Source: Hyphomicrobiales bacterium (GTDB lineage Bacteria > Pseudomonadota > Alphaproteobacteria > Rhizobiales > Aestuariivirgaceae). Taken from it: DNA of 64,000 bases. The stretch is taken from contig JANOPL010000038.1 in assembly GCA_031421835.1 (NCBI GenBank), positions 1,972-65,971 of the forward strand, written 5' to 3'. Every line of letters begins with the position of its first letter. The stretch's first letter is position 1. This document shows, piece after piece, positions 50,401 through 60,033 of the stretch. The translations under genes were made by a program, and so were the position numbers. Below the pieces are notes generated by a model, which worked only from the letters and a program-made list of their open reading frames with translations, was not told the origin of the DNA and searched no databases.

Positions 50401-50968
50401 TGCGGCAGCGGGTCTGGGTCTCGGGCTTTCGATTGTCGAGCGCATGTGTAGCGTTCTGAAGCACCCGCTGGAGCTGACGTCAAACACTGGCAAGGGCAGC
50501 ATATTTGCGCTAACGGTGCCTATCGGAAAAGATGTGCCGCAGCGCGTTGATGCAAGGACTTTGACACGGCATCCAAGTCTATCTGCGCTCCAGGGACTGC
50601 GCGTTTTGGCTGTCGACAATGAACCGACAATCGTTGAGGGATTGAAGGCTTTGTTGAATGGCTGGGGTGTTGAAGTGATCACCGCAACAACCTTCACAGA
50701 CGCTGTAAAGGCCGCCTGCGACAACCCGGATATTGCTGCAGTGCTGGTTGACTATCATATCAATCGCGAAGATGGCGTTGCGTTGGTCCACACGCTGCGC
50801 GAAACATTGAACCGGGACCTGGCAGCCGTTCTGATTACCGCTGACAGAAGCGTACATGTGCGTGATCTCGCGGCCGTGAATGCGATGACTTATCTGCAAA
50901 AACCCGTAAAGCCCGCAGCCTTGCGCGCAGCACTCTCGCAAGTGATGATCCGCAAGGCAGCGGAGTAG
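47441..50968 (+). CDS. crbS: SLC5-STAC-PAS hybrid histidine kinase/receiver (CrbS/CbrA family)
   Basis: YALSLAVYCTSWTYFGSVG SLC5 domain, LPRQFHV, ASHDILQPL H-box, NAIKYT, GLGLGLSIV, C-terminal REC domain. Confidence 0.85.
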   Translation: MAIQGWTVLLVGLVYVGLLFAVATWGDAKSTVHAKHRRPKPLVYALSLAVYCTSWTYFGSVGAASRTGFDFIPVYLGPILMFALGAPLIARVVMLAKRQNIASIADFIAARYGKNEGLGALVAIIAMIGIVPYISIQLKALSFSLQAMMAASGWTQAAWLPASMGGDLALFVTIALAVFAMLFGTRHIDATEHQDGLMLAIAVESVVKLAAFLTVGLFVVFSLAGGPTALLEIAQSNPTITNVFTQAPDGARWLTVTFLSACAMMLLPRQFHVAVVENAHGNDVRRAAWLFPLYLIAINIFVAPIAIMGLAQLPGIDADTYVLALPVAAEAHWIAFIAFIGGVSAATAMVIVETIALSIMISNNVIVPLVLLRQGEHNMFQHSPNGDKSSALIIIRRVTIGLILLLAYVYFWSAGNSAALAQTGLISFAAVAQFAPAFFGGLVWPRATARGAVAGIVIGFGVWAYTLLVPSFVDSGWIADGILKDGPFGIAALKPRQLLGLEFEPLTHGVLWSLTCNLAAYIGFSLMRAPSQIEVLQASIFTAQDLQGKANPGFRLWRSSVTTGQLEETVARYLGREHARLAFADLAVSRDIDDDPEIEADIVSLHHGEHLVASAVGPASARLVMGLLLERNSKGSRKAIQLLDDASSAIQASRTLLQSAIDNMPQGIAVFGQTGELIIWNPPLQQLLALPADMARMGTSLTSIMQMVKSHTESSGANAAALAAALQTTELVYRERFIRPRRVVDIQSAKLPDGGMVVTFTDVTDSVNAADALTLANETLELRVKQRTAELTQLNAELVKAKAAADTANLSKTRFFAAASHDILQPLNAARLFTSTLVENRDATEQQQLVRNVDQSLEAVEDILATVLDISRFDAGGVKPELSSFRLQDILTPLEQEFRVEAERKGLDLRIMTSKVTLRSDRRLLRRILQNLISNAIKYTPKGRVLVGCKRAGTNIRIIVGDTGYGIPAEQQKLVFQEFERLGRDQGAAAGLGLGLSIVERMCSVLKHPLELTSNTGKGSIFALTVPIGKDVPQRVDARTLTRHPSLSALQGLRVLAVDNEPTIVEGLKALLNGWGVEVITATTFTDAVKAACDNPDIAAVLVDYHINREDGVALVHTLRETLNRDLAAVLITADRSVHVRDLAAVNAMTYLQKPVKPAALRAALSQVMIRKAAE

Positions 50969-51087
50969 CAATCCATGGCGTGAGCATGATCAATGGAATT
51001 GATACTCCAGTTCACAAAAAACGCTTTTTATTGCAGGAATGTTTCAGCTAAACCGCAACGACTTGTTTTTGATGGGAGTTGCTGTTG

Positions 51088-53166
51088 ATGGCCAAAACAC
51101 GTGCACGCTTGGGTGTCGACATTGGAGGAACCTTCACTGACGTGGTCATGGAACTAGGAGGTCAACAGTTTTCAGCGAAAGTCTTGACGACTTATGCCGC
51201 ACCTGAAGACGCCATCATCGACGGGATGCACCAGGTCTGCGCCAAAGCGGGCGTTTCAGCGGCGGTCATCGACCAGATCATTCATGGTACCACACTTGCC
51301 ACCAATGCGCTGATTGAAAGGCGCGGGGCAAAAACGGCATTGGTGACGACAAAAGGATTCCGGGATGTCATCGAGATGCGCACTGAGTCGCGCTTTGAGC
51401 AATACGACCTTAACCTCGTTTTGCCAGAACCGCTGCTGCCCCGCCAGTGTCGCTACGTATTGAATGAACGTATCGGGGCCAGCGGAGATGTGCTCATCCC
51501 TCTGGATCGCGCTGACGTTGAACTGCTTGCAGATGAGCTCGCGCAGGCGCGCTATCAAAGCGTGGCAGTGGGTCTTATTCATTCCTATGTCAACGCTTCC
51601 CACGAAAAAATGGTACGTGATGTGCTTGCAGCAAAATTGCCGAAAGTGATGATCTCACTGTCATCGGAAGTTTCACCGCAGATGCGGGAGTATGAGCGCT
51701 TCAATACCGTTGTAGCCAATGCCTATATCAAGCCATTGATGAAGTCTTACCTCGGACGCTTGGCCGGACGATTGAAAGCTGAAGGGGCCGACTGCCCAAT
51801 CTTCTTGATGCATTCGGGCGGCGGCATTATATCGCTTGAAAACGCTGCGGATTTCCCGGTCCGCCTTGTTGAGTCCGGCCCTGCCGGTGGCGCAGTATTT
51901 GCCGCCAACATAGCGGCGCGCCATGGCCTCGACAAAGTCTTGTCCTTCGATATGGGCGGCACAACAGCCAAGATTTGCCTGATCAAAAACCAAACCCCGA
52001 AAACCAGTCGCGTGTTTGAAGTTGCCAGAACCTATCGTTTCAAAAAAGGCTCAGGCATGCCAATTTCAATTCCCGTGATTGACATGGTGGAAATCGGAGC
52101 AGGTGGCGGCTCATTGGCATCCGTGGATGCCATGCAGCAAATTCGTGTGGGTCCGCATTCCGCAGGTTCGGAACCAGGGCCCGCCTGCTACGGCCGAGGG
52201 GGTGAACGCCCTGCGGTGACGGACGCCGATCTGGTGTTGGGGAAGCTCGATCCTGATCATTTCGCAGGTGGTTCAATCAAACTCAACAGCGATGCATCCC
52301 GTGCTGCACTTTCAAACCACGTCGGCAAAAACCTGAAACTCGATGACATGACAGCGGCCTTCGGCGTGGCCGAAGTTGTCGATGAAAACATGGCGAATGC
52401 AGCACGGGTCCACGCTGTCGAAAACGGTGAAGACTTGTCAGACTACACCATGATCGCCTTTGGTGGAGCCGCACCTTTGCATGCTGGCCGATTGTGCGAG
52501 AAGCTTGGGGTCAAACGCTGTCTGGTGCCCCCCGGTGCTGGTGTGGGTTCGGCCATCGGTTTTCTCCGGGCACCTTTCAGCTTTGAAGCCAACCGGTCGG
52601 TTTATATGCGGCTTTCAGATTTTGCGCCAAAGACGATCAAAACACTGCTCACGGATTTGCAGCGCGAGGCCACGGGCTTTGTGCGCACCTGTGATGCCAA
52701 GGCAAGGATCATCGCCGAATATAAAGTCTACATGCGCTATTCCGGACAAGGCTGGGAAATTCCAATTGCGCTGACAAAGGCGCAGGCAATGAAGCCTGAT
52801 GTTGCGACCTTCCAGAAGCTCTTTGAACGTGATTACGAAAAATTATTCGGCCGTGTCGTGGCCGGTATGGATGTTGAAATCACCGTGTGGGCTGTGAACG
52901 CCACCACGCCCCCTGTGAAAGTAGAGAAAATCAAAGCGCGCAAACTGTCGAAAACTATTGAAGCCCAATCCAAACGCAAGATTTTTGATCCTGCAAAAGC
53001 CACGTCCGTCACTTCCAAAATTGTTGAACGTCGATTGTTCAAACCGGGGTACGGCATTCAGGGCCCCGCCGCCATAACAGAAGATGAAACCACCATTATC
53101 GTGCCGTCCAGCCGCATCGCAGTGGCGCAGGCTGATGGGTGTATTGACATGACTGTGAAAGGCTAA
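51088..53166 (+). CDS. hyuA: Hydantoinase/oxoprolinase A subunit (ATP-dependent)
   Basis: GVDIGGTFTD, HGTTLATNA, ESGPAGG, DMGGTT and AFGGAAPLHA motifs. Confidence 0.88.
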   Translation: MAKTRARLGVDIGGTFTDVVMELGGQQFSAKVLTTYAAPEDAIIDGMHQVCAKAGVSAAVIDQIIHGTTLATNALIERRGAKTALVTTKGFRDVIEMRTESRFEQYDLNLVLPEPLLPRQCRYVLNERIGASGDVLIPLDRADVELLADELAQARYQSVAVGLIHSYVNASHEKMVRDVLAAKLPKVMISLSSEVSPQMREYERFNTVVANAYIKPLMKSYLGRLAGRLKAEGADCPIFLMHSGGGIISLENAADFPVRLVESGPAGGAVFAANIAARHGLDKVLSFDMGGTTAKICLIKNQTPKTSRVFEVARTYRFKKGSGMPISIPVIDMVEIGAGGGSLASVDAMQQIRVGPHSAGSEPGPACYGRGGERPAVTDADLVLGKLDPDHFAGGSIKLNSDASRAALSNHVGKNLKLDDMTAAFGVAEVVDENMANAARVHAVENGEDLSDYTMIAFGGAAPLHAGRLCEKLGVKRCLVPPGAGVGSAIGFLRAPFSFEANRSVYMRLSDFAPKTIKTLLTDLQREATGFVRTCDAKARIIAEYKVYMRYSGQGWEIPIALTKAQAMKPDVATFQKLFERDYEKLFGRVVAGMDVEITVWAVNATTPPVKVEKIKARKLSKTIEAQSKRKIFDPAKATSVTSKIVERRLFKPGYGIQGPAAITEDETTIIVPSSRIAVAQADGCIDMTVKG

Positions 53167-53170
53167 GGCA

Positions 53171-54877
53171 ATGGCAAAACAATCAACCGTTCAATCACAA
53201 GTCATGTGGAACCGCTTGATCTCGGTTGTGGAGGAGCAAGCACAGGCCCTCATTCGCACGGCATTCTCAACATCTGTCCGGGAGGCGGGTGATCTTTCTG
53301 CTGGTGTCTATGACATCAGGGGCCGCATGCTGGCGCAAGCCGTCACGGGCACGCCGGGTCACGTCAATGCCATGGCAGAGTCGGTCGGGCATTTCATGCG
53401 CCGCATTGGCATGAAGAACATGTTCGAAGGCGATGTCTACATCACCAATGACCCATGGGAGGGTACTGGCCACTTGCACGATATCACGGTCGTTACGCCA
53501 TCTTTTCACAAGGGCAAGCACGTGGGTTTCTTTGCCTGTACGGCGCATATTGTTGACATTGGCGGGCGCGGCTTTGGCGCTGATGCGAATTCGGTTTACG
53601 AGGAAGGACTTTACATCCCCATCATGAAGTTTGCCGCGCGCGGCAAGGTGGATATGACCTTGGTCAATATCATCCGCGGAAATGTGCGCGAGCCGGATCA
53701 GTTGGTGGGTGACGTCTATGCGCTTGCGACCTGCAATGAAGTGGGCCACCGCCGCCTGATTGACATGATGAAAGAGTTCAACCTCAAAGACCTTGAGGCG
53801 ATATCAAGTTTCATACTGGAAAATTCCCGCCGTGCCACACTCGCCCGCATCGCCGCATTGCCGCGCAGCAGCGCTGAAGGCTCGATGACAATTGACGGCT
53901 ACGACACGCCGATTGATTTGAAAGTCAAAGTCACAATACACAAGGACCGCATCGTCAGTGATTTCACCGGCACGTCCGGCCTCGACAAAAAAGGTATCAA
54001 CGTGCCGTTGGTCTACACCAAGGCTTATGTGTGTTACGCCTTGAAATGTGCCATTGCGCCTGAAATACCAAACACCGCCGCATCCCTGACACCCTTTGAA
54101 ACGGAAGCGCCGGTGAATTCCATCGTCAATGCCGTACACCCCGCACCCGTCGCACTCCGGCACGTGATCGGACATTTCATTCCAGACACCGTGTACAACG
54201 CTGTTGATAAAATCTTGCCCAATCTTGTGCCCGTCGAGGGCGCAGGCGCACTCTGCAATTTCCAGGTCTCGATGCGCCCCCGCATGGATGCTCCTGCTCC
54301 TGCGACAGCACGGCGATCAGAAGTTTTAACGTTCAATTCCGGAGGTTCTGGTGCACGGCCAACCTCTGATGGTCTCAACGCCACGGCATTTCCGTCCGGC
54401 GTCATGACCATGCCGATTGAAGCTACGGAAAATGCGGGGCCCGTCATCATCTGGCGGAAAGAGCTCCGGCCGGATTCGGGAGGTGCTGGCAAATATCGCG
54501 GCGGCCTTGGCCAGTTCATGGAAGTGGGTGCGGTTGAGGGCCATGAGTTTGACATTCAAGCCATGTTCGACCGCGTCAATCACCCGGCCCGGGGCCGCCA
54601 GGGTGGTGCCGATGGTGCAGCAACAACCATTGCCCGTAGCGACGGTGAAACGATGAAGGGCAAGGGCAAGCAATTTGTGCCCCATGGCAAGCGGGTGCTC
54701 ATGGCGTTTCCCGGTGGTGCTGGCTTTGGGGATCGCAGTCAAAGGGACAAAACCTTGGTAAAGCGCGACTTGGCGCGCGGCTATATCAGTGCTGACAGTG
54801 CCGCGCGAGATTATGGTTTGAGTGCAGGTGAAGTTGAAACGGTGCTGGCGGCAGTTCGCGATGGAGAGGCGTTGTGA
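53171..54877 (+). CDS. hyuB: Hydantoinase/oxoprolinase B subunit
   Basis: SVREAGDLS, NDPWEGTGHLHD, HIVDIGG and DSGGAGKYRGG motifs. Confidence 0.88.
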   Translation: MAKQSTVQSQVMWNRLISVVEEQAQALIRTAFSTSVREAGDLSAGVYDIRGRMLAQAVTGTPGHVNAMAESVGHFMRRIGMKNMFEGDVYITNDPWEGTGHLHDITVVTPSFHKGKHVGFFACTAHIVDIGGRGFGADANSVYEEGLYIPIMKFAARGKVDMTLVNIIRGNVREPDQLVGDVYALATCNEVGHRRLIDMMKEFNLKDLEAISSFILENSRRATLARIAALPRSSAEGSMTIDGYDTPIDLKVKVTIHKDRIVSDFTGTSGLDKKGINVPLVYTKAYVCYALKCAIAPEIPNTAASLTPFETEAPVNSIVNAVHPAPVALRHVIGHFIPDTVYNAVDKILPNLVPVEGAGALCNFQVSMRPRMDAPAPATARRSEVLTFNSGGSGARPTSDGLNATAFPSGVMTMPIEATENAGPVIIWRKELRPDSGGAGKYRGGLGQFMEVGAVEGHEFDIQAMFDRVNHPARGRQGGADGAATTIARSDGETMKGKGKQFVPHGKRVLMAFPGGAGFGDRSQRDKTLVKRDLARGYISADSAARDYGLSAGEVETVLAAVRDGEAL

Positions 54878-56094
54878 CACCCGCAAACTATAAAGCGCCG
54901 CTCAAAAAAAACTACGATGTCGTGATCATCGGCGGTGCCATCATGGGTTCATCCACCGCATGGTTTCTGAAAGACAACCCGGATTTTAAAGGCAGCATTC
55001 TCGTTGTCGAGCGGGATCCCAGTTATGAAAAATGCGGCACCAATTTTTCAAACTCCTGCATCCGCCTGCAATTCTCTGAACCGCTCAACGTGCGCATCTC
55101 GCAGTTCGGTGCTGACTTCGTGAAGAATATTCGCCGGTACATGGGCGGAGATGAACGCGTTCCCGATCTGCGCATTCAGAATTTTGGCTACCTCTATTTG
55201 GCCAACACAGACGCGGGAGCCGATGTGTTGCGCGAATGTCGCGATGTGCAAGTCGCACTTGGTGCGGGCACGCGCATCCTGTCTGCTTCAGAGATCAAGA
55301 GTGAGTATCCTTTTTATGAAGTCGACGATCTTGTCGCGGGCAGCATCAACACGGTTGATGAAGGTTATTGGGAAGGCATTACGGTTTTTGACTGGTTCAA
55401 AAAAGTTGCACGGGAACGGGGTGCAGAATATGTGCCCAACGCGGTTGTGGGCCTCAACAAAAACACCAATGGCGACCGTATTGAAAGCGTGACCCTGGCC
55501 ACAGGTGAAATCATTGTATGCGGATTTGTCGTCAACGCCTCAGGCACGCGCGGTTCCATCACGGCGAAAATGGCTGGTATAGATATACCTGTTGAACCCC
55601 GTAAGCGCATGTCCTACGTCTTTTCAGCGGAAACGCCGCTCAGTCAGGTTCTGCCGCTCACCATTGATCCTTCAGGTGTCCATTTCAGACAGGACGGCAA
55701 GACCAACTATATCGTGGGTGGCCATGCGGAACATGACCCCGTGCCTGATCACGATGACTTTTCAAGTGATCCCTCGCTGTGGGAAGATTTCATCTGGCCC
55801 ACCATGGCCGCACGCATTCCACAATTTGAGGCTGTCAGAGTCATCCGGGAGTGGGCAGGGCATTATGATTACAATGTGCTGGATCAAAATGCGATTATCG
55901 GTCCCCACACAGAAATCAGAAATTTTCTGTTCATGAACGGCTTCTCCGGTCATGGGCTGCAACAGTCCCCCGCGATGGGGCGCGCCACGGCTGAGTGGAT
56001 CATCTATGGCGAATATCGAACGCTGGATATGACCCCGTTCAGCTTCCAGCGCATTGTTGAAAATCGTCCATTCCTCGAAAAAGCAATTATCTGA
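54874..56094 (+). CDS. FAD-dependent amine oxidoreductase (DAO/sarcosine oxidase beta-like)
   Basis: IIGGAIMGSS, WAGHYDYN and GFSGHGLQQSPAMG motifs; GTGA overlap with hyuB. Confidence 0.88.
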   Translation: MTPANYKAPLKKNYDVVIIGGAIMGSSTAWFLKDNPDFKGSILVVERDPSYEKCGTNFSNSCIRLQFSEPLNVRISQFGADFVKNIRRYMGGDERVPDLRIQNFGYLYLANTDAGADVLRECRDVQVALGAGTRILSASEIKSEYPFYEVDDLVAGSINTVDEGYWEGITVFDWFKKVARERGAEYVPNAVVGLNKNTNGDRIESVTLATGEIIVCGFVVNASGTRGSITAKMAGIDIPVEPRKRMSYVFSAETPLSQVLPLTIDPSGVHFRQDGKTNYIVGGHAEHDPVPDHDDFSSDPSLWEDFIWPTMAARIPQFEAVRVIREWAGHYDYNVLDQNAIIGPHTEIRNFLFMNGFSGHGLQQSPAMGRATAEWIIYGEYRTLDMTPFSFQRIVENRPFLEKAII

Positions 56095-56107
56095 TCACGG
56101 GCAAAGC

Positions 56108-56944
56108 ATGAAAAAACTGGTACTGACAGGTGCTGCGGGCCGCCTTGGTTCTTATCTGCGCGAACCTTTAAGCAAGCTCGCTGATGAACTGGTCTCAACC
56201 GACATCGTTGACGACTTGGGAACACTTTACGAGAGCGAACGCTACGTCAAAGCAAATCTTGAAAGCCTTGAAGCGATCACAGATGTGCTCAGGGGCGCTG
56301 ACATGGTCGTGCATTTTGGTGCCATTGGTGATGAGGCCCCGTTTGATAAAATTCTGGGCCCCAACATCATCGGTGCATACAATCTGTGGGAAGCCGCCCA
56401 CATCCATGGAGTGAAGCGCGTTGTTTATGCCAGTTCCATCCACGCAGTTGGCATGTATCCGAAGACTGAGTTTATCGGCACAGACGTCGCCCATCGTCCT
56501 GACACATTCTACGGCCTTGCCAAATGTTTTGCTGAGGATTTGGGGCGCATGTATTGGGAGAAGCGAGGCGTTGAAAGCATTCACTTGCGGATCTTGTCTT
56601 GTGCCAAAGTCACCAATCCGCGCGCCTTGGGCTCGTGGCTGTCCTATGACGATCTTATTCAACTGGTAACACGCTGCATTGAAACGCCCGTCGTCGGATT
56701 TGCCATCATCTATGGTGTTTCGAACAACGATCGCACACCCGTGGACAACGCAAAGGCCAGCTTCATCGGTTATCGGCCCAAAGACAACGCGGAACAATTT
56801 GCATCAGATGTCTTTGCAAGTGCCTCACCCATGGACCCGCAAAACCCCAATCACATGTGCCACGGCGGCCCGTTTGCCGGCGTTGAATTGGGGAACAGTG
56901 GTGTTGCGACCATGGGCATCGTCAATGACAAGAAAGTTGTTTGA
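56108..56944 (+). CDS. NAD-dependent epimerase/dehydrogenase (uronate dehydrogenase-like)
   Basis: TGAAGRLG, ASSIHAVG and RPDTFYGLAK (YxxxK) motifs. Confidence 0.82.
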   Translation: MKKLVLTGAAGRLGSYLREPLSKLADELVSTDIVDDLGTLYESERYVKANLESLEAITDVLRGADMVVHFGAIGDEAPFDKILGPNIIGAYNLWEAAHIHGVKRVVYASSIHAVGMYPKTEFIGTDVAHRPDTFYGLAKCFAEDLGRMYWEKRGVESIHLRILSCAKVTNPRALGSWLSYDDLIQLVTRCIETPVVGFAIIYGVSNNDRTPVDNAKASFIGYRPKDNAEQFASDVFASASPMDPQNPNHMCHGGPFAGVELGNSGVATMGIVNDKKVV

Positions 56945-56953
56945 GCCGTATCG

Positions 56954-58735
56954 TTAAGGAATGCCCACAGCTCTCAGATCTCTGACAAACTGGACCAGTA
57001 ATTGCTTGTCCTGGAAAGGTCGCGACCTGGCCCATTCGTCAGCTGTAAATGCAGGGTCCAAAGTTAAAACCGTGTGTGCCGCCTCTTTGCCTTCGTTGCT
57101 CTTTCCTTGTCGGTTGAGTGTGACGGCCAAGCCGATCCAGGCGCGCAAATAATTCGGGTGATGTGTCAGCACTTCGCGATAGATGCGTTCAGCCTCTTCA
57201 ACATCCCCCACCGCCAGATAACTGAGACCAAGATTTGAAGGAATCCAGGCTGCCGTGTGTGCGCTCAAGGTCAATGCACGGGTGTAGGACCGAATGGCAG
57301 CAGCATATTCTCCCATCAGATCGTAAAGTGCGCCTTGATATCCGGCCATTTCAGGACTGTGCGGTGCCACATCAACAGCCTTTTGCATTTCCTTGGTTGC
57401 ATCCGCCCAGCGCTCTTGAAAATAGAAAAGGAAAGCCTGCAGTGAAGCAACATCAGGGTGATCGGCAGCGCCCGACTTTGCTGTTTCACAAATCTTTTCT
57501 GCCTCTGTGATTGATTTTTTGCTGCTCCGGCTCCAACCCAGACGCACTTCGTCCAAATGACAAAAGGCCAATGCCACCGAAGCACTGAGATAGGTCGGGT
57601 CAAGACCAAGGGCATCCTTATAAAGTTCTTTGGCTTTCTCGTGATCCTGTCTTGTAAATTTTCTTTCGATGTCGTGAGCGCGTTGAAAGAGTTCCCACGC
57701 CTTTCCGGAACTCGTGCCGCGTTGCCACAGCTTGACCTGCTCTCCTTCCGTCAAATGCAGTTGAAGAGCCGAAACAATTTCCTGAGAAATCTGATCCTGT
57801 ACATCGAACGATTGATTGAGGTCACATTCAAAACGTTCAGACCAAATCGTTTGACCATCCGTGCTGGAAATGAGCCGCGCGATGATGCGCAAATAGGGGC
57901 CGCGGCCTTGAATCGCCCCGGTCAAAACATAGTCGTGATGCACCGGGATCAACCCGTTGGGATCAGTCACCGTCATGGTGTTGCTCAGCCTCGAGAGGAT
58001 GAGATGGATTTCTTCGACCAAAGCCTCGCCAACGAGTTCACCCTTGTCGGTCTCATTGATGTTGCGAAAGGGCTCCAACCGGAGAACGGGCTTGCTTAGT
58101 CGTTTCAGCAACTTTGTTGGCGTGGAGAATTTTGACTTCGTGGCGCTCATGTAGTCGTCATAAGCGGTGAGAATTCCACGATGCACGGGAACAGGCTGAT
58201 CAATGTTCTTGAGTTTCTTCGATCCTAAATCTTCAATGATCATATTTTCGGGCGTCACCAAATCTTCAAACCCGTCGGCATAATATATTTCACCGGGTGC
58301 CGCCATGGCTTGCAAGCGGGCTGCAACGTTTATGGCATTGCCAAAGTAGTCATCGTCAATCGCGTAAACATCGCCGTAAGCGATGCCGATTTTCCAATGA
58401 CCGGCACTGGGTGGTGACGAAAGTTTATGATGTCTGAGGAGATTGTCTTGCCCGGTCGCGGCGGCACGCAGCGCATCCTCAAAATTCTCGAAGGTCGAGA
58501 GAATAAAATCTCCGGGCGTTTGCAATATCGCTCCACCACGCTGGCGAATGCAACCCGTCAGAATTGATCTGGTTTTCCGCAACACGGCAATACCATTGGA
58601 AATGTCGCGATGCATCAACTCGCTGTAGGCAACGAGGTCAGCTGTCAACACTGTGAGCTTGCGACCGATTCCGGACAGGTATTCTTTGGAAAGTTCCAAC
58701 GGCTCATCGTTAATACCTGAAACGCGCGCGGTCAT
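56954..58735 (-). CDS. Class III nucleotidyl cyclase with TolB-like domain and TPR repeats
   Basis: TADLVAYS and PGD metal ligands, KIGIAYGDV, GNAINVAARLQ; LEPFRNI TolB-like segment; C-terminal TPRs. Confidence 0.85.
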   Translation of the reverse strand: MTARVSGINDEPLELSKEYLSGIGRKLTVLTADLVAYSELMHRDISNGIAVLRKTRSILTGCIRQRGGAILQTPGDFILSTFENFEDALRAAATGQDNLLRHHKLSSPPSAGHWKIGIAYGDVYAIDDDYFGNAINVAARLQAMAAPGEIYYADGFEDLVTPENMIIEDLGSKKLKNIDQPVPVHRGILTAYDDYMSATKSKFSTPTKLLKRLSKPVLRLEPFRNINETDKGELVGEALVEEIHLILSRLSNTMTVTDPNGLIPVHHDYVLTGAIQGRGPYLRIIARLISSTDGQTIWSERFECDLNQSFDVQDQISQEIVSALQLHLTEGEQVKLWQRGTSSGKAWELFQRAHDIERKFTRQDHEKAKELYKDALGLDPTYLSASVALAFCHLDEVRLGWSRSSKKSITEAEKICETAKSGAADHPDVASLQAFLFYFQERWADATKEMQKAVDVAPHSPEMAGYQGALYDLMGEYAAAIRSYTRALTLSAHTAAWIPSNLGLSYLAVGDVEEAERIYREVLTHHPNYLRAWIGLAVTLNRQGKSNEGKEAAHTVLTLDPAFTADEWARSRPFQDKQLLVQFVRDLRAVGIP

Positions 58736-58809
58736 GAATGTCCTGACTTGTCAGCTGATCTGTCGTTCTATAGCATTCGATCTACAAAACGTCGATATTC
58801 GTTCATGGG

Positions 58810-60030
58810 GTGCGCAACGTGCATGCAGCGACAGGAGAACGGGATGATATCATCGAACGGTTGTATCGGCTGGATGTCGGGAATGACTGTCCAGTGCATG
58901 TTGCGGCTGCCACTGTTGTACCGGATGAATGGCATGTGAAGCGTGTGGTGAGCGGCAGAGGACTTCACGCAGAAGAAGCCAAAGACCGTTGTGTCAGCGA
59001 GGCCATTGAGCGCCAAAGTGCGGTTTACAAGTCTTCGATTGAGATCACACAGTCGTCATTCTCCGCCCTCGCCGATGCAGCACTTGATCCGCATAAGTTG
59101 TTGCATATTTCTCAGGCACAATACTCAAATCGAGCGGAATGGAATGTGCAAGTTGACGCCGCTCACCACATTCCACCCCGGTTTGATGAGGATCAAAACA
59201 TCGGCTGGGTGCGCGCGCGTTCACTTACGGCGTGCGCAACAAAATTCGTACCGGCGGCTCATGTTTTCCTGGGCTGTCCAACCGCCCATCAGGAAGGATT
59301 TCCAGTTCCAGATTCCAGTGGTCTGGCTGCCGGCGATACAGAGTCTGACGCTGTAGAACGAGGCCTCTTGGAGTTGATCGAGCGTGATGCTGTTTCAATC
59401 TGGTGGTACAATCGTTTGGCGGTGCCGCCCATGGCTTTTGACCGCACAGAACTTTCACTGTGGGAACCGTTCGCTGACTGGATCAAACGATGCGCACGCC
59501 AGTTTTGGTTGCTGGATTTGACCACTGATCTCGGGGTGCCTGTCGCTGCTGCAGTTTCATGTGATGAGCACGGCAGCGATTTTTCGTTCGGCTTTGGTGC
59601 GGGAAAGACACAGGCGGCGGCGGCGGAAAATGCCTTATGTGAAATGGTACAATTTGAAGTGACAAAGAAATATCACAAGCCGCAAGTGGCCGGACCATAC
59701 CCTCATTTTCTTTCGTGGTGTCGGTCGGCCAACATCAACGATCATGGCTTTGTTGTTGCCACTGACGCAAAGCGGAAAATTTTGGTCCGCCAGCCGCTTA
59801 CTGCAGACGTGATTGTGGATCGACTGGCGCGTAAGGGCCTGGAGGCATTTGCCTATGAGTTTCCCAGTGTGAGCCAGCACACAAAAGTTGTGCGCGCAAT
59901 TGTGCCGGGGCTTCGTCCGATTTGGCCGCGACTTGCCGCCGGGCGTCTTTATGACGTGCCTTACGAGTTGGGACGGGTTGAACGTTCAAAGCGGGAAGAA
60001 GAATTAAATCCAGTTCCTATTTTGTATTGA
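58810..60030 (+). CDS. ycaO: Stand-alone YcaO-family enzyme with a C-terminal PxP motif
   Basis: SGRG...SEAIER, SSGLAAG...ELIERDA...WWYN, RLAAGRLYDVP and ELNPVPILY motifs. Confidence 0.88.
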   Translation: MRNVHAATGERDDIIERLYRLDVGNDCPVHVAAATVVPDEWHVKRVVSGRGLHAEEAKDRCVSEAIERQSAVYKSSIEITQSSFSALADAALDPHKLLHISQAQYSNRAEWNVQVDAAHHIPPRFDEDQNIGWVRARSLTACATKFVPAAHVFLGCPTAHQEGFPVPDSSGLAAGDTESDAVERGLLELIERDAVSIWWYNRLAVPPMAFDRTELSLWEPFADWIKRCARQFWLLDLTTDLGVPVAAAVSCDEHGSDFSFGFGAGKTQAAAAENALCEMVQFEVTKKYHKPQVAGPYPHFLSWCRSANINDHGFVVATDAKRKILVRQPLTADVIVDRLARKGLEAFAYEFPSVSQHTKVVRAIVPGLRPIWPRLAAGRLYDVPYELGRVERSKREEELNPVPILY

Positions 60031-60033
60031 AGA

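Noticed and set aside
58844-58939. 31-aa Ser/Cys/Gly-containing ORF (MISSNGCIGWMSG...) with an AGGAG RBS, whose stop overlaps an in-frame ycaO GTG; a possible precursor peptide
   Set aside because: It is nested out of frame in the ycaO 5' region, which encodes a plausible YcaO N-terminal strand (PVHVAAATV). Starting ycaO at 58936 would leave only 5 residues before the ATP-binding motif. Ribosome profiling could revive it.
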